A stretch of DNA of 64,000 bases. Source: an uncultured bacterium (GTDB taxonomy: Bacteria > Babelota > Babeliae > Babelales > Vermiphilaceae). The DNA lies in assembly GCA_963727255.1 (NCBI GenBank), contig CAVSFC010000002.1, positions 480,001 to 544,000 of the forward strand, written 5' to 3'. A program made the position numbers and the translations under genes. Shown in pieces: positions 62,157-64,000 of this stretch (positions within the stretch are counted from its first letter, which is position 1; every line of letters starts with the position of its first letter). The notes below the pieces were generated by a model. It had not been told where the DNA came from, did no database searches, and saw only the letters and a program-made list of their open reading frames with translations.

Positions 62157-62278
62157 ATGCTTCGACAAGCTCAGCACGAACGGAGTGAGAGCTGAGCGTT
62201 TATGCGAAGGCTGGAAGCATATTCGCGGGATCCGAAAGAGCGACGGCTGGGAGGAGTGCGAAGCATGTCACGAAGGAT
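62157..62278. repeat. Palindromic REP-like units
   Basis: TGCTTCGACAAGCTCAGCACGAACGG, plus a segment matching the reverse complement of 1563-1600. Confidence 0.7.
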
Positions 62279-62675
62279 GATATTTTACTCGTTTAACCTT
62301 TTGCGGTTTAGCGCCCGAAGCCATAACGCGCCATTCATTATTCCATGAAAATTCTAAATCACAGTCTTTGTTTTTTGGATTGAGTTCAAATGTGATCTCT
62401 TTTGCTCCGGTTCTCCATCCTTTTGCAAAGCTATAATCATAGCGGACAATCAACATTTTTTGATTGTTTGGGACGCTGATTGAGCTGCCGGGCTTTACCT
62501 CATTTCCGTTAACTTTTAGTTTAAAAGAATCGGGAGAATACCCAACCTTTAAAAAGGTATATTCGAGCATTTTGGGTTTTATTTTATTGTGTATGCTAAT
62601 GGTAGTGGGACATTCTTGTTGTGAAAGTGCGGCAACGGGAATTGCCCAGAGCAAAAGAGGAAAAAAATGCTTCAT
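62268..62675 (-). CDS. Secreted hypothetical protein
   Basis: Signal peptide; 135-aa beta-rich body. Confidence 0.65.
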   Translation of the reverse strand: MKHFFPLLLWAIPVAALSQQECPTTISIHNKIKPKMLEYTFLKVGYSPDSFKLKVNGNEVKPGSSISVPNNQKMLIVRYDYSFAKGWRTGAKEITFELNPKNKDCDLEFSWNNEWRVMASGAKPQKVKRVKYHPS

Positions 62676-62719
62676 TTTTCATCCTTAATTATTTACTGAA
62701 GCTTCATATGCGCCTTACA

Positions 62720-63451
62720 TTATGCGTTAGATTGTTCAATTTTGGGCAAGTGAAAATTTATGTGTAACTTCCAAGGATTAGCGGACCATTTAACCGTATG
62801 TTCCCAGATGATTTTAGCAAAGTTTTTGACGTTGCTTAATGCCTTTATCATAACTGGTTGTTCGATGATCTTTTCATCTATATATTGCACATTATTAGAA
62901 TGGTGGTTTTGCTCTGGAAGTGTACACTCCCAGATAACTCCTGCGGATAATAGATTAGCGCCATTGATTTTTAATGATTCCAAATAATCTGTGGCAGATT
63001 TCTCTTTTTCTTGAGTAGTCAATTGCAGACTTTTCTGATCTTGCCGCTTCTTGAGCAGTTCTGTTAGGGCCTTCATTTTGCCCCGTTTTATAACAATGCT
63101 AATTGTGAAGGGTTTATCTTTGTGCAAAGGAATTAATTTCGATTCGCCTGGCTTAATTGGATAATCTTCGATCATAAAATCCAAGCAATCGACAAATGCT
63201 TCGAGCATCTCAGGATCTTTTGCAAGATCATCATCGAGCACGAGCAGTTCTCTGATATTGTTATTAAAAGACACTAAACTTTGTTGTTTAATGGTTTTTT
63301 CAGTAAAAGCATTACGCTCGCGCAGTGATTGCGTAATGGCTGCCAACTTAGTATTACAGTCGATCAGCGCTTCATTTTTTTGCGCTATAAGGCTCGATGC
63401 CGTTAGCGATACTGCTAAAACAGCAGTAATAATTTGCTTTAATAGTTTCAT
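62720..63451 (-). CDS. Secreted hypothetical protein
   Basis: GGAG Shine-Dalgarno and signal peptide. Confidence 0.65.
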   Translation of the reverse strand: MKLLKQIITAVLAVSLTASSLIAQKNEALIDCNTKLAAITQSLRERNAFTEKTIKQQSLVSFNNNIRELLVLDDDLAKDPEMLEAFVDCLDFMIEDYPIKPGESKLIPLHKDKPFTISIVIKRGKMKALTELLKKRQDQKSLQLTTQEKEKSATDYLESLKINGANLLSAGVIWECTLPEQNHHSNNVQYIDEKIIEQPVMIKALSNVKNFAKIIWEHTVKWSANPWKLHINFHLPKIEQSNA

Positions 63452-63697
63452 AATGTCTCCAGTAATCTAGATACGGGTTATGCACCTTTTTATACTGTTT
63501 ACATTAGTTAGTATACCACAATCCCCCCTAATAACCAAAAATAGGACCCAAGACGTGAAATAAAAGCCTATTTATTTGCGATTTGAAAATTTAAAATATC
63601 AATATGCTGATTGGAAGGTCAAATTCGTTAAAATGGATAATAAGGGCCGAACTGGCTAAAGTTTCGCTTTGCACTAGTAATTTTCGTCGTTTTGACA

Positions 63698-63903
63698 TTT
63701 TATTCTCCGACGCCAGAAAACCCCAAGGCTTTTTAAGCCTGGGGATGAATGGCGGGAGAATATCCGCCGAAGTTTGCCGAGCCGGCCTGTCCTTCGTAGC
63801 TTTAGCGTAGTAGGAAAGGCCCGGATAAACGTAGGCTGGATTGGACAAGGCTTTGGCGAATTCCGCGCGATACACCGGCTTTTAAGCCGGTGAGCGCTTC
63901 ATT
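63698..63903 (+). mobile_element. About 200-bp non-autonomous IS200/IS605-like miniature element, copy 2
   Basis: Near-identical reverse complement of 9148-9347. Confidence 0.7.
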
Positions 63904-64000
63904 TGGTGAGCCCATCTGGCTATCTCCCTTTTAAAAATCTCGACCTTACATTTAAAACGAGAATGATATTGATTTTCTATTAGAAATTTTATATACTAAA

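Noticed and set aside
63591..63875. ORFs 63591..63875, 63604..63810 and 9057..9272 as transposases
   Set aside because: Short translations of the miniature element with no HUH, RuvC or DDE motifs.
1..64000. CRISPR array, tRNA or rRNA genes
   Set aside because: No regularly spaced direct repeats with unique spacers and no cas genes. The GGTTCGA matches at 41119 and 57069 belong to or abut palindromic repeats and do not form cloverleaves.

Overview
AT-rich bacterial chromosomal window whose gene content suggests an intracellular parasite of protists, most likely Candidatus Babelota (Dependentiae/TM6). This is an inference from the many signal-peptide ankyrin, F-box-like and RING-LRR proteins, the Chlamydia-type ribonucleotide reductase and the membrane pyrophosphatase. 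Housekeeping genes: tsaB, ruvX/yqgF, an alanine/glycine symporter, murE, hppA, two DUF1343/NamZ paralogs, nrdAB (class Ic signature), glk, pgi-zwf-gnd, a kynB-like cyclase, tkt, ahpC and thioredoxins, nfeD-SPFH, Ku, a CorC/CNNM protein and lgt-dnaG-rpoD. Many conserved genes carry single-base frameshifts that look like sequencing or polishing errors. Notable observations: (1) twelve predicted secreted, effector-like proteins have Met-Glu/Asp right after the predicted signal cleavage site; (2) a palindromic REP/RPE-like element is inserted in frame in both zwf and tkt; (3) a cluster of small secreted Gly/Arg/Tyr/Cys/Lys-rich proteins shares a promoter motif and a C-terminal motif; (4) a toxin-antitoxin cassette sits between two copies of the kynB 3' end that differ only at synonymous sites; (5) an ankyrin array is mosaic and carries a duplicated Ku 5' end; (6) there are two copies of an IS200/IS605-like miniature element and one ~500 bp inverted-repeat structured element. 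No rRNA, tRNA or CRISPR array was recognised.
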